From NCBI GenBank assembly GCA_016781485.1, contig JADDQH010000001.1, forward strand, positions 2,062 to 66,061: a stretch of DNA of 64,000 nt, read 5' to 3'. Made by a program: the position numbers and the translations under genes. A model generated the notes under the pieces. It worked only from the letters and a program-made list of their open reading frames with translations, did not search any database and was not told where the DNA came from. Positions 43,474 through 52,715 of this stretch are shown here, one piece after another (the stretch's first letter is position 1; each line of letters begins with the position of its first letter). The stretch is from Chloroflexota bacterium (GTDB lineage Bacteria; Chloroflexota; Limnocylindria; Limnocylindrales; CSP1-4).

Positions 43474-44202
43474 CTAGAAGCCCCCGTCGCCGCCTCCGCC
43501 GAAGTCGCCTCCGCCGAAGTCGCCTCCGAAATCTCCTCCGAAGTCGCCGCCGCCCAGGTCCGCGCCCTCGTAGCCGCTGAGGTCCGCCTCGGAGCCGTAC
43601 CCGCCTTCACCGCCGTAGTCGCCCTCGGAGCCGTGGTCACTCCCGGTCCCGTGGTCACCGTGATCCCCCTCGCTCCCCTGCTCGTACCCTTGCTCGTACC
43701 CCTCGCCGAATCCCGAGTCGTAGCCGCTGTCAGCGAAGAACGACTGGGCGATCGCCGTGCCGACGAAGCTCGCGGCGAGCGTCGTGAAGAACATGCTGCC
43801 GAGCCCGGGTCCCGCGTACCCGCCCACGGATCCGCCCCCGTATGCGCCTCCGTACCCGCCGCCGAACGTCCGCTCCAGCGTCCCCGGTTGCCGCATCTCG
43901 GCGCGCGTCGCCATACGTGCGAGATCCCTCGGCGACTCCGTCCGTGCCCGCTCGCTGGGCGGCACCTGGGCTGACAGCTCCTCCAGCACCATCCTCCGCT
44001 GCTCGGGCGTCAGCTTGGCGAACGCTTCCTCGTGTGCCCGCTCGATGTCCTCGGGCGGCGCCGTCCGGAGCATGTACCGATACCGCTCGACCGCGATCTC
44101 GTCCGGCGAGCGCTGCGGTGCGTCGGCCGAGCCGCGCCTCCACTCGTCGCCGCGCTGCTCCTGGTCGTCGGAGCGTCCGAGCAACCTGTCCATGAAGCTC
44201 AT
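43474..44202 (-). CDS. Gly-rich protein with helical N-domain, one hydrophobic segment and GGDF-repeat tail
   Basis: MSFMDRLLGR..., central GSMFFTTLAASFVGTAIAQSFF, C-terminal GGDFGGDFGGDFGGGDFGGGGDGGF. Architecture reminiscent of DUF2076-type proteins (from memory). Confidence 0.55.
   Translation of the reverse strand: MSFMDRLLGRSDDQEQRGDEWRRGSADAPQRSPDEIAVERYRYMLRTAPPEDIERAHEEAFAKLTPEQRRMVLEELSAQVPPSERARTESPRDLARMATRAEMRQPGTLERTFGGGYGGAYGGGSVGGYAGPGLGSMFFTTLAASFVGTAIAQSFFADSGYDSGFGEGYEQGYEQGSEGDHGDHGTGSDHGSEGDYGGEGGYGSEADLSGYEGADLGGGDFGGDFGGDFGGGDFGGGGDGGF
43492..43545. repeat. short tandem repeats (2 x 15 bp GCCTCCGCCGAAGTC, then 2 x 12 bp variants) encoding the GGDF tail
   Basis: Read directly from the sequence. 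Confidence 0.85.
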
Positions 44203-44387
44203 CTCGCGCCTCTCGTTACGACTCGTTCTTCACGCCACGCGTGCGCGGGCGATGATGACCGTAGATGAGACGGGCCCGCGGGCACGTCGCCGCGTCAGGC
44301 GTTCGCGTGTAGGTTCCGTTGCGCCGGTGGCCCGTCGGAAGCCCACGCCTACCAACTCCCCCACCGCGGACCGAGCGGGAGGACCTT

Positions 44388-44927
44388 TTGGACAACATCC
44401 TCGATGTCGACTGGGGGAAGGTCCTCTCCCCCGATACCCCCCTGCTCGAGATCTTCGTCCGGGGCTCGGCGCTCTACCTCATCGTGTTTGCGCTGCTCCG
44501 CTTCGTCCAGAAGCGCCAGTCGGGTACGGTCGGGATGACCGACCTGCTCGTCCTCGTCCTCATCGCCGACGCGGCGCAGAACGCGATGGCCGACGACTAC
44601 AGCTCGATCACGGACGGCATCCTCCTCGTCGCGACGATCATCTTCTGGAGCCAGGCGCTCGACTGGCTCGGCTACCGGATCCCGGCCGTCGGGCGCTTCG
44701 TCCATCCGCCCGCGCTGCCGCTCGTCGAGGACGGCCGGATCAACGTCCGGAACTGCCGGAAGGAGCTGATCACCGAGGAAGAACTGCTGACTCAGCTGCG
44801 GCTCCAGGGCGTCGAGGACGTGAGCGAGGTCAGGAAGGCCTACATGGAGGGCAACGGCCAGATCAGCGTCGTGAGGATGCCCGAACCGGGTACACCGGCG
44901 ACCAGCGGGGCCCATCGCGGTCGCTAG
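44388..44927 (+). CDS. DUF421 (YetF-like) membrane protein
   Basis: TTG with GGGAGGA upstream. TM region (LYLIVFALLRF...DLLVLVLIADAAQNAM) and C-terminal YetF-like domain (LITEEELLTQLRLQGVEDVSEVRKAYMEGNGQISVV). Confidence 0.75.
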   Translation: MDNILDVDWGKVLSPDTPLLEIFVRGSALYLIVFALLRFVQKRQSGTVGMTDLLVLVLIADAAQNAMADDYSSITDGILLVATIIFWSQALDWLGYRIPAVGRFVHPPALPLVEDGRINVRNCRKELITEEELLTQLRLQGVEDVSEVRKAYMEGNGQISVVRMPEPGTPATSGAHRGR

Positions 44928-45192
44928 CGCCTCCCTGCTGCCAGCGCGGATCTGGTGGCTCGGGTCTGACCGAGCAACGACGAAGCTGGTCACGGGGGAT
45001 TGACGCGGGAGGATAATCCGCAGACGAGGGAGAGAGCGGTCCGCGATCCGTCACGCAGGGGGGCGCAGGACCGGACCTCAGGGGAGTGACCCGCTTGATC
45101 GAGCCCAGCAGCGGGAGATCACGGTCGCCGCCTGACGGCGCCGATACCGGCGGCGCGGCGACGGTCGCCGCTTGTCTCCTGACCCACCTGAG

Positions 45193-47028
45193 GTGAGCAC
45201 CGTGCCCAGATCCCTACGTTTGTTCGCGTTCCTCGTGGGGCTCCTGCTGCTCGCGTTCCCGCTGCCCGTCGGCGCGCGGGAGCCGCAGGCGGACGACGAT
45301 CCCAGCCTCGAAGCGAGAGCTGACGACTCCGACTCCACCGCCACGTCTGCGTCCGGCGGACACTCGTCTCATGGGACGAACCCGCTCGAGATGAGCCCGA
45401 ACATGTTCCACGTGGCGAACCGGCCGCCTACGCCCCCGAGCTCCGCCCCGCATCGGACCACGCACTCCGACCTCGCGTTCCATCAGGCCGGCGAAGCGAC
45501 CGCGACGCGGCAGGACCTCGCGGCAGCGGGGAACTACGACGGTTTCCGGCTCTTCAACGTCTCCGATCCCGAGAACCCGATCGAGGTCGCAAACGTGCGG
45601 TGCCGCGGCCCTCAGAACGACGTCTCGTTCTACCGCGCGAATAACCGACTGCTGCTGATCCAGTCGATCGACCGTCCGCAGACCAACGACGGAATGCAGG
45701 ACCAGTGCGCGACGAGCGCCGACACGCCGATCTCCCGCAACAACCCGACGCCGCCGTTCACCCGCTTCGTCTTCGGCTTCGAAGGACTGCGAATCTGGGA
45801 CGTGACGCGGCCTCAGGCGCCCCGCCTGATCGCGGCCGTCCCGACGGCGTGCGGGTCGCACACGCACACGACGATCCCAGACAAGGACGAGCAGCGCGCC
45901 CTCGTCTACGTCTCGTCGTATCCGATCGGCGCGAGCGTGTCGCCCGAGCCGGCCGTCGGTGACGTCGGCCCGAGGTGCACGCAGCCACACGCGCGGATCT
46001 CCGTCGTGGAGATCCCGGACGAGGCGCCCGAGGCGGCGCACGTCCTCAAGGAGCAACCGCTCGACGCCGACACGCGGCCGTTCCGCGGCACCCTTGGGTC
46101 GGGTGGCACGGGTGCCATCGGGTGCCACGACATCACCGTGATGTTCGAGGCGAACCAGCAGCCGGAGGCGAACCCACGGCCCGCGAAAGAAAACGCAGGT
46201 GCTGCCTGCCTCGAGGAAGGCCAGCTGTGGGATATCTCCGACCCCGAGAACCCGACCACGGTCGGCCCCGGGACGCATACACACATCTACAACCCGTTCA
46301 TCACGCCGGCGAACCCGGCCGCGGGCGGCCTCTTCCACACCGCGTCGTTCACGTGGGACGGTGAGATCCTCCTGTTCACCGACGAGTGGCAGGGCGGCGG
46401 CGCCCATGGCTGCGACGGTCCTGAGGACACGCGCGGCAACGTGTGGTTCTACAAGAACGTCCAGCCGGGCGCGCCAGCGCCTCTCTACGGCCGGTACATG
46501 ATGCCGCGGGCGCAGCCAGCGGCCGAGATCTGCACGCTGCACAACGGGAACGTCATCCCGACCAACGAGGGCTACTTCGGCGTCTCCTCCTCGTACGAGG
46601 GCGGAACGACCGTCTTCGACTTCAGCAACGTCCAGGACTTCCCCGAGCTGCCACCGTTCGAGTTCGGACAGGCACGACCGGCGACAGCCCCGCCGCTCGT
46701 CGGCCGGGAGGTCGCGTACGCGGACCTGCAGAGCGTCGACGGCAGAGGCAAGGACGACACCTGGTCGTCGTACTGGTGGAACGACTACATCTGGGTGAAC
46801 GGCGGCCTCGTCCGGGGTAGGGCCGATGACCCGCAGCGCCAGCGCGGCTTCGACGTCTTCAAGATCCTCCTGCCGCAGGGCAAGAGCCTTGGGGATCCGA
46901 CGGAGCCGACGGACGTCTTCGAACACCAGTTCCGGGCGCGCAAGCAGCCCGGCGAGGTGAACCCACAGACCCAGGAGGTGCACGAGAGCACAGGCTGGGG
47001 ACAGGGCAACAACAGCACCAGCCCGTGA
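45193..47028 (+). CDS. secreted LVIVD-repeat-like beta-propeller protein
   Basis: Signal peptide (SLRLFAFLVGLLLLAFPLPVGA). Blocks SDLAF...GNYDGFRLFNVSDPENP...CRGPQNDVSFY and WDISDPENP. Start GTG 45193 or 45202. Confidence 0.65.
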   Translation: MSTVPRSLRLFAFLVGLLLLAFPLPVGAREPQADDDPSLEARADDSDSTATSASGGHSSHGTNPLEMSPNMFHVANRPPTPPSSAPHRTTHSDLAFHQAGEATATRQDLAAAGNYDGFRLFNVSDPENPIEVANVRCRGPQNDVSFYRANNRLLLIQSIDRPQTNDGMQDQCATSADTPISRNNPTPPFTRFVFGFEGLRIWDVTRPQAPRLIAAVPTACGSHTHTTIPDKDEQRALVYVSSYPIGASVSPEPAVGDVGPRCTQPHARISVVEIPDEAPEAAHVLKEQPLDADTRPFRGTLGSGGTGAIGCHDITVMFEANQQPEANPRPAKENAGAACLEEGQLWDISDPENPTTVGPGTHTHIYNPFITPANPAAGGLFHTASFTWDGEILLFTDEWQGGGAHGCDGPEDTRGNVWFYKNVQPGAPAPLYGRYMMPRAQPAAEICTLHNGNVIPTNEGYFGVSSSYEGGTTVFDFSNVQDFPELPPFEFGQARPATAPPLVGREVAYADLQSVDGRGKDDTWSSYWWNDYIWVNGGLVRGRADDPQRQRGFDVFKILLPQGKSLGDPTEPTDVFEHQFRARKQPGEVNPQTQEVHESTGWGQGNNSTSP

Positions 47029-47064
47029 TGGCTGACCACGCGCGCTGATCGAGGCGCAACACCA

Positions 47065-47092
47065 CGAGACCCCCGGCATCCGCCGGGGGTCT
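47065..47092. terminator. bidirectional terminator hairpin between convergent genes
   Basis: 11-bp perfect stem GAGACCCCCGG / CCGGGGGTCTC, 6-nt loop, followed by GGATTCTC. Confidence 0.65.
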
Positions 47093-47110
47093 CGGATTCT
47101 CGGGACCGTG

Positions 47111-47641
47111 CTAAGGCGACGAAGGGACCGGGAGCGGACCGCCCGGGTCGCGGGTCAGGGCGACGATCCTCCAGGGCTCGTTCGGGCCGCCGCTCTCGAG
47201 CGTCGCCGTGAGCGAGAAGCCGTCCGGTGCGATGAGGACGAGCGTGCCGCGGCAGCCACCTACGGTGCACTCCGAATCCATCACGACGTCGGACGCTGCG
47301 TGCATGCCGGCGCCGCCAGCGGCGAACGCCTCGTCCACGGCACGGACACACAGGGCCGGGTCGGGTTCGGTCGCGCAGGCGGGCCAGCTGGCCGTCGGTG
47401 CGGACTCCGAGGGGAGCACGACCGACGGGACCGGCGGCGAGGGAGGCGTCGTCGTTGCAGACTCCGAGGGGAGCACGGTCGACGGGACCGGCGGCGAGGG
47501 AGGCGCCGTAGTCGCCCCTCGCGTCTCTGGCGACGACGACGGCGCGCTGCCGCCGCATGCCGCGGTGAGCGCCGGAACCACGAGCAGCGAGGCGCGCGCG
47601 GTGCTCGAGGAGAACAGCGAACGCAAGCGCCGGGACCGCAT
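47111..47641 (-). CDS. lipoprotein with duplicated Pro-rich linker
   Basis: ATG with GGAGGAGG upstream. Lipobox LTAAC. Two 19-aa repeats. Cys-containing C-terminal domain. Confidence 0.65.
   Translation of the reverse strand: MRSRRLRSLFSSSTARASLLVVPALTAACGGSAPSSSPETRGATTAPPSPPVPSTVLPSESATTTPPSPPVPSVVLPSESAPTASWPACATEPDPALCVRAVDEAFAAGGAGMHAASDVVMDSECTVGGCRGTLVLIAPDGFSLTATLESGGPNEPWRIVALTRDPGGPLPVPSSP
47404..47517. repeat. 57-bp tandem duplication (2 copies) inside the lipoprotein gene
   Basis: Copies at 47404-47460 and 47461-47517. The first ~45 nt differ at 2 positions. They encode T(T/A)PPSPPVPS(T/V)VLPSESA twice. Confidence 0.9.
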
Positions 47642-47731
47642 CTCGTCCTGCCTCCTCCAACACTCGACGGCGACTCGATCGGAGCGCGCGACACCGGGAA
47701 GAATCGCGCGTTGGCCCTATCCTGTCCAGCC

Positions 47732-48703
47732 GTGCGCTCGGCGTCCACCTACACGAACCCGGTCTCGCCCGCGGACTTCCCGGACCCGTTCGTGATGCGC
47801 GTCGGCGAGGCGTACTACGGCTACGCGACCGAGTTGCACACGCGGCGGCCGCGCGCGCTGAGGCTCATGCGCTCCCACGACCTCGTCCACTGGGCGCCGC
47901 TGCCTGGCCCGCTCGAGCGACTGGACTTGGCGACGGCGCGCGACTACTGGGCGCCGGAGGTCGCGTTCCGCGAGGGGTCCTTCGTCATGTACTACTCGGC
48001 GGGGATCGGGGACAAGCACCACCAGATCCGGGCGGCGACCGCGGAGCGGCCGGAGGGCCCCTTCCGAGACACCGGGCGGGTCCTCACCCCCGACGACCCG
48101 TTCACGATAGACCCGCACCCGTTCCGCGACGACGACGGGCAGTGGTACCTCTACTACGCGCGCGACTTCCTCGAGGGCGACCGAGTGGGGACCGCGCTCG
48201 TCGTCGACCGCCTGGTCGACATGGTGACGCTCGAAGGCAACCGGCAGACCGTCCTCCGCGCGACCGCCGACTGGCAGCTGTTCAAGAAACAGCGGGAGAT
48301 GTATGGGGCCGTCTACGACTGGTACACCCTCGAGGGACCCTTCGTGCGCAAGCGCGGCTCGCGGTATTACCTGTTCTACGCGGGCGGAGCGTGGGAGACG
48401 GAGAACTACGGCGTTTCGTATGCGGTCGGGGATTCTCCGTTCGGCCCGTTCGAGGACGCTCGAGGTGACCGACCCGCCCTACTGCAGACCATCCCCGGCG
48501 CGGTGATCGGCCCCGGCCATGCCTCGGTCGTGGAGGGCCCGGACGGCAACGACTACCTGGTCTACCACGCGTGGGACCCCGCGAAGACCGCGCGGCGGAT
48601 GTGCGTCGACCGGCTCGAGTGGACGCCCGACGGACCGCGGACCAACGGCCCCACCACGACTCCCCAGCCCGCGCCGCACGCGCGCTCACCGAGGATCGAG
48701 TGA
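47732..48703 (+). CDS. glycoside hydrolase family 43 (cytoplasmic)
   Basis: NPV..DFPDPFV..YYGYAT, WAPEV, five-bladed-propeller-length core. GTG 47732 is in frame inside track ORF 47108..48703. No signal peptide. Confidence 0.8.
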   Translation: MRSASTYTNPVSPADFPDPFVMRVGEAYYGYATELHTRRPRALRLMRSHDLVHWAPLPGPLERLDLATARDYWAPEVAFREGSFVMYYSAGIGDKHHQIRAATAERPEGPFRDTGRVLTPDDPFTIDPHPFRDDDGQWYLYYARDFLEGDRVGTALVVDRLVDMVTLEGNRQTVLRATADWQLFKKQREMYGAVYDWYTLEGPFVRKRGSRYYLFYAGGAWETENYGVSYAVGDSPFGPFEDARGDRPALLQTIPGAVIGPGHASVVEGPDGNDYLVYHAWDPAKTARRMCVDRLEWTPDGPRTNGPTTTPQPAPHARSPRIE

Positions 48704-48742
48704 CGGCGGCGAAACCGTGGTTCGCCGGCCTCTCGCCGGGAA

Positions 48743-49597
48743 CTACCGAACGGACTCGCCCGGCATGGACGAGGCGAGCACACGTTCCGCCTCTGCTCGC
48801 GTCGGGAGCCCGGTGAGGTCGCCGATGGACGCGATCGCGGACGCGCCGCACGCGTTCGCCAGATCGAGAACAGCCACGGCATCGACTCCCTCGAGCGTGG
48901 CGGCGATGTAGCCCGCCGCGAAGGCATCGCCGGCCCCCACGGCATCGACGACCTGTGGCACACGGAGCGCCTCGCGGTGGATCGTCGGCTCGCCGCGTCG
49001 AACCTCGAGCGCCCCCTCCTCCGCCAACTTCATGACGGCGACCCGAGTACCCAGCGACACGAGCGAAGCGCCGAGGACTTCCGGGGAGTCGGAGGCGGCG
49101 TCGCCGGTCACGACGGCCGCCTCGTCCGGTGCGGCGAACACGACATCGGACCGCGGGACGAGTTCGCGCAGGACGCTCGCCGCCTGTTCCTCGGACCACA
49201 GCTTCCGGCGGATGTTGAGGTCCAGGCTGACGATCAGGCCGTGCGCCGCGGCGAGTTCGAACGCCGCGGATACCGCCTCGCGGCAGGTCAGCGAGAGCGC
49301 AGGCGTGATGCCCGTGACATGGAGCCAGCGCGCGCGCTCGAACAGACGCGCACCGGCGCCGACGTCGTCGGGCGAGAGCTGCGAACCGGCGGATCCCGCT
49401 CTGTGGTAGAGGACGTCCGATGGGCCGAGCGTCCGACGCTCGCGGACGAGCAGGCCGGTCGGTCGGGTCGAGTCGACCACCAGGGCAGAGACGTCGACGC
49501 CTTCGCCGCCCAGCCGGCGGACGATCGCGGCGCCGAAGCCATCACCGCCGACTCGCCCGATGAACGCGCTCCGGTGTCCGAGCCTCGAGACCCCCAC
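48743..49597 (-). CDS. kdgK: PfkB-family 2-dehydro-3-deoxygluconokinase-like sugar kinase (true N-terminus lies upstream of 49597)
   Basis: DAVGAGDAF anion-hole motif and PfkB layout. The conserved N-terminal strand and GAEANVA motif are encoded in frame at 49598-49716, upstream of the first canonical start codon. Confidence 0.75.
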   Translation of the reverse strand: MGVSRLGHRSAFIGRVGGDGFGAAIVRRLGGEGVDVSALVVDSTRPTGLLVRERRTLGPSDVLYHRAGSAGSQLSPDDVGAGARLFERARWLHVTGITPALSLTCREAVSAAFELAAAHGLIVSLDLNIRRKLWSEEQAASVLRELVPRSDVVFAAPDEAAVVTGDAASDSPEVLGASLVSLGTRVAVMKLAEEGALEVRRGEPTIHREALRVPQVVDAVGAGDAFAAGYIAATLEGVDAVAVLDLANACGASAIASIGDLTGLPTRAEAERVLASSMPGESVR

Positions 49598-49736
49598 GGC
49601 GACGTTCGCTTCCGCCCCCGCAACGTGGCGCTGGAACGCGGTGACCTCGGCGAGCGGGCCGACGTCGGCGGCGACGAGGGCGACGAGGCACTCCCCGAGC
49701 GTGACGAGGTCCGGCGTAGCTCCGCCCGGCTGACCG

Positions 49737-51050
49737 TCAGCCGTCGCCGGCCTCCACCCTGCTGCTCGCGGGCTCTCCGGGCCCGTGGGTGTCTCCGGTG
49801 GGCGTCTCGGACCCCTCGGCCGTGGCCTCCGTCGACTCCGCTCGCCTGTCGCGCGGGTCCACGGTCGCTGTCAGCACCTCGGTCTCCACTTCGGCCGCGG
49901 GGATCCTCGAGCCGCGCAGCTCCCACCCGGGAGAGAAGAGGCGAAGCAGGTGTGCACGCTCGTAGGGATGGCTCTCGAGTCGGTCCCAGTCGAGGTCGAT
50001 CCCGAGTCCGGGCTCCGAGCGCACGTCCAGGTAGCCGCCCTGCTGGAGCACCGGGCGATCGACGATCTCACGCGTCCAGCTCTCGTTGGACTCATCGAAC
50101 GACTCCTGCACGTAGAAGTTCGGGATGCAGGCACCGAGCTGGAGCGAGATCGCGCTGCACACGGGTCCCTGCGCGTTGTGCGGGGCCACGACGCCGTAGT
50201 GAGCGTCGGCCATGCCGGCGACGATCCGCGTCCGCCAGAGCCCACCAAGGAAGAGCGGCTCGGGCTGGAAGATGTGGACCGCGTCGTGGCGCATGAGGTC
50301 GGCGAACTGCTGGAGTGAGGTGAAGCTCTCGCCGGTCGCGACCGGGACAGGCGAGCGGGCGGCCACGGCGACCATCGAGCCCACGTTCTGGTGGGGGACG
50401 GGCTCCTCGAACCACGCCGGGCGGTAGTCCGCGAGCCGGTCGGCGACCCGCAGCGCCGTCGCGACGCTGAACCGGTTGTGGCCCTCGATCATCAGGTCCA
50501 CATCGGGCCCGACCGCCTCACGGACAGCGGCCACGATCGCCATCGACAGGTCCTCCTCGCGGCGATCCTGGACACGATACGCCGCCCCGAACGGGTCCAT
50601 CTTCAGCGCCGTGTATCCGCTCGCCACGACCGCGCGAGCGCGGTCGGCGATGATCTCCGGCCGCCGCTCCGATCGGTACCAGCCGTTGGCGTAGACGCGC
50701 ACGCGCTCACGGATCTTCCCACCCAGGAACTCGTGCACGGGTCGTCCCTGGACCTTGCCCACGATGTCCCAACACGCGACCTCGATCGCGGAGACCGCGG
50801 ACATCTGTATCTGGCCACCGTCGGTGTAGACGTCGCGGACCATCCGCTGAAGCAGCAGTTCGACCTGTGTCGGATCGTGGCCGACGTACTCGTCGCGAAG
50901 CTCGAGGACGGCTGACTGGACGGTGTGGGAGAAGGCATTCAACGTCCCTTCCCCGACGCCGTAGACGCCCTCGTCGGTGTCGACCCGGACGAACAGCCAG
51001 TTCTTCCACGGGTTGCCGACGAGATACGTCTGGACGTCGGTGATCTTCAT
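49737..51050 (-). CDS. enolase-superfamily sugar-acid dehydratase (galactonate/mannonate dehydratase-like)
   Basis: MKITDVQTYLVGNPWKNWLFVRVDTDEGVYGVGEGT, metal ligands in DLMIEGHN / WFEEP regions. ATG 51050 overlaps the eda stop (ATGA). Roughly 55-aa low-complexity C-terminal tail. Confidence 0.8.
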   Translation of the reverse strand: MKITDVQTYLVGNPWKNWLFVRVDTDEGVYGVGEGTLNAFSHTVQSAVLELRDEYVGHDPTQVELLLQRMVRDVYTDGGQIQMSAVSAIEVACWDIVGKVQGRPVHEFLGGKIRERVRVYANGWYRSERRPEIIADRARAVVASGYTALKMDPFGAAYRVQDRREEDLSMAIVAAVREAVGPDVDLMIEGHNRFSVATALRVADRLADYRPAWFEEPVPHQNVGSMVAVAARSPVPVATGESFTSLQQFADLMRHDAVHIFQPEPLFLGGLWRTRIVAGMADAHYGVVAPHNAQGPVCSAISLQLGACIPNFYVQESFDESNESWTREIVDRPVLQQGGYLDVRSEPGLGIDLDWDRLESHPYERAHLLRLFSPGWELRGSRIPAAEVETEVLTATVDPRDRRAESTEATAEGSETPTGDTHGPGEPASSRVEAGDG

Positions 51051-51706
51051 GGCCTGCTCGTCACCGGCGCCGCGAACGTCGTGATCGCCTCGGTAGCTCT
51101 CGATCTGATCGTCTCGGGGTCGCCACTGCCGGTCAGCCAGCTTCCGAGTGCGACGGCCGCTGCTCCTGCATCGAGAAAGGCACGGCCGGTCTCGACGGAC
51201 ACGCCGCCCGTCGCCACGAGTGGGATCTCGGGGAACGGGCCGAGGAACTCCCGCACGAAGGCCGGCCCGACCGCGGACGCCGGGAAGAGCTTGACCGCGG
51301 CCGCGCCGGCGCGCCACCCCGCCAGGATCTCGGTCGGCGTGAAGCCGCCAGGGAAGGCCGGGATCCCCCGCACCGCGGCCCAGGAGACGAGCGCGGCGTC
51401 GATGTGGGGCATGACGATGAAGCGAGCGCCGGCCGAGACGACGGCCTCCGCTGCGTCCAGGTCGAGCACGGTGCCCGCTCCCACGAGCAGCTCACCTTCG
51501 ACGAAGCGGTCCGCCAGCGCGCGGATCGCGGCCAGGGCGTCGCGGCTGTTCAGCGTCACCTCGAACGCCCGGGCGCCTCCCGCGTGGAGTGCCTCACCGA
51601 TCTCGACGATCCGCGCGGGATCGAGCCCACGCCCGATGGCGATGAGCCGCGACTCGAGGACCGCCTCCGGGATCGGGACCCGTGCTGGGGCCGTTGCAAG
51701 GTTCAC
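51047..51706 (-). CDS. eda: 2-dehydro-3-deoxyphosphogluconate (KDPG/KHG) aldolase
   Basis: FEVTLNS, VGAGTVL, GARFIVMP, the Schiff-base Lys region AAVKLFPA, ATGGV. Confidence 0.8.
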   Translation of the reverse strand: MNLATAPARVPIPEAVLESRLIAIGRGLDPARIVEIGEALHAGGARAFEVTLNSRDALAAIRALADRFVEGELLVGAGTVLDLDAAEAVVSAGARFIVMPHIDAALVSWAAVRGIPAFPGGFTPTEILAGWRAGAAAVKLFPASAVGPAFVREFLGPFPEIPLVATGGVSVETGRAFLDAGAAAVALGSWLTGSGDPETIRSRATEAITTFAAPVTSRP

Positions 51707-51794
51707 GCGTCACCTGTCATCAGTCGATGATGCCGAAATCCCGACGAGGATGACGGGAGGGAGCCACCGACGGAGCCGCAGTGAGAATGGACGC

Positions 51795-52682
51795 ATGAAC
51801 CGCCCCGTTTCGACCGACGCTGAGCTTGTCATCGACGCGCACGCCATCCTCGGCGAAGGCCCGCTCTGGGACGCTTCCAGCGGGACGCTCGTGTGGGTCG
51901 ACATCGAAGCCCCCGCCGTGCATCGGTACTCACCGAGCACAGGCGAGACGAGCACGCTCCCCCTCGAACGACCCGTCGGCGCCGTCGCGATCCGCGAGCG
52001 GGGCGGACTCGTGCTCGCAGTCCAGGGCGGCTTCTGGCTCCTCGAGCCGGACCTGTCGACGCTCCATCAGTTCGCGCCTGTCGAGGCGAACGTCGCCGAG
52101 AACCGGATGAACGACGGGAGATGCGACACCGTGGGCCGCTTCTGGGCCGGCACGATGGGAGTCGACGCTCGGCCTCACGCCGGCTCCCTGTATCGGCTCG
52201 AGCCCGACGGCCGAGTCGAGCGCGTTCTCTCCGGCGTGACGATCTCGAACGGCATCGACTGGAGCCCGGACGGTCGGACGATGTACTACGTGGACACGCC
52301 GACGAAGCGCGTAGACGCGTTCGACTTCGACCCCACGACGGGGACGATCAGTGGACGACGTGTCTTCGTCGATCTCGCGGACGCGGCGGGTTCGCCGGAC
52401 GGCCTCACCGTCGACTCGGAGGGTTTCGTCTGGGTCGCGATGTGGGGTGGTTGGGTGGTGCGGAGGTATTCGCCAGATGGACGGCTCGACGCGGCGCCTG
52501 CGCTGCCCGTCGCGCAGGTGACGAGCTGCGCGTTCGGAGGACCGCGTCTCGACGATCTGTACGTCACGAGTGCGTCCATCGGCCTCTCTGCCGAAGACCT
52601 GCGCGAACAGCCGCACGCCGGCGGTGTCTTTCGGTTGCGACCGGGCGTCCGCGGGCGCCGCCCCAACGAGTTCAGGGGCTAG
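51795..52682 (+). CDS. SMP-30/gluconolactonase (regucalcin) family lactonase
   Basis: LGEGPLWD, NRMNDGRCD, SNGIDWSPDG, PDGLTVDSEGFVWVA, SCAFGG. ATG 51795 in frame inside track ORF 50925..52682. Confidence 0.8.
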   Translation: MNRPVSTDAELVIDAHAILGEGPLWDASSGTLVWVDIEAPAVHRYSPSTGETSTLPLERPVGAVAIRERGGLVLAVQGGFWLLEPDLSTLHQFAPVEANVAENRMNDGRCDTVGRFWAGTMGVDARPHAGSLYRLEPDGRVERVLSGVTISNGIDWSPDGRTMYYVDTPTKRVDAFDFDPTTGTISGRRVFVDLADAAGSPDGLTVDSEGFVWVAMWGGWVVRRYSPDGRLDAAPALPVAQVTSCAFGGPRLDDLYVTSASIGLSAEDLREQPHAGGVFRLRPGVRGRRPNEFRG

Positions 52683-52715
52683 GTGGGACCCTCGCTCTCG
52701 TAGGACTCGCGGTCG

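Noticed and set aside
45095-45196. 33-codon TTG-initiated upstream ORF ending in a GTGA overlap with the propeller-gene start
   Set aside because: The peptide (LIEPSSGRSRSPPDG...) is not protein-like, and such open frames arise easily by chance at this GC content. Kept only as weak support for the 45193 start.
45214-47079. 621-aa minus-strand ORF
   Set aside because: Shadow of the LVIVD-like propeller gene, which has a signal peptide and repeated family blocks on the plus strand.
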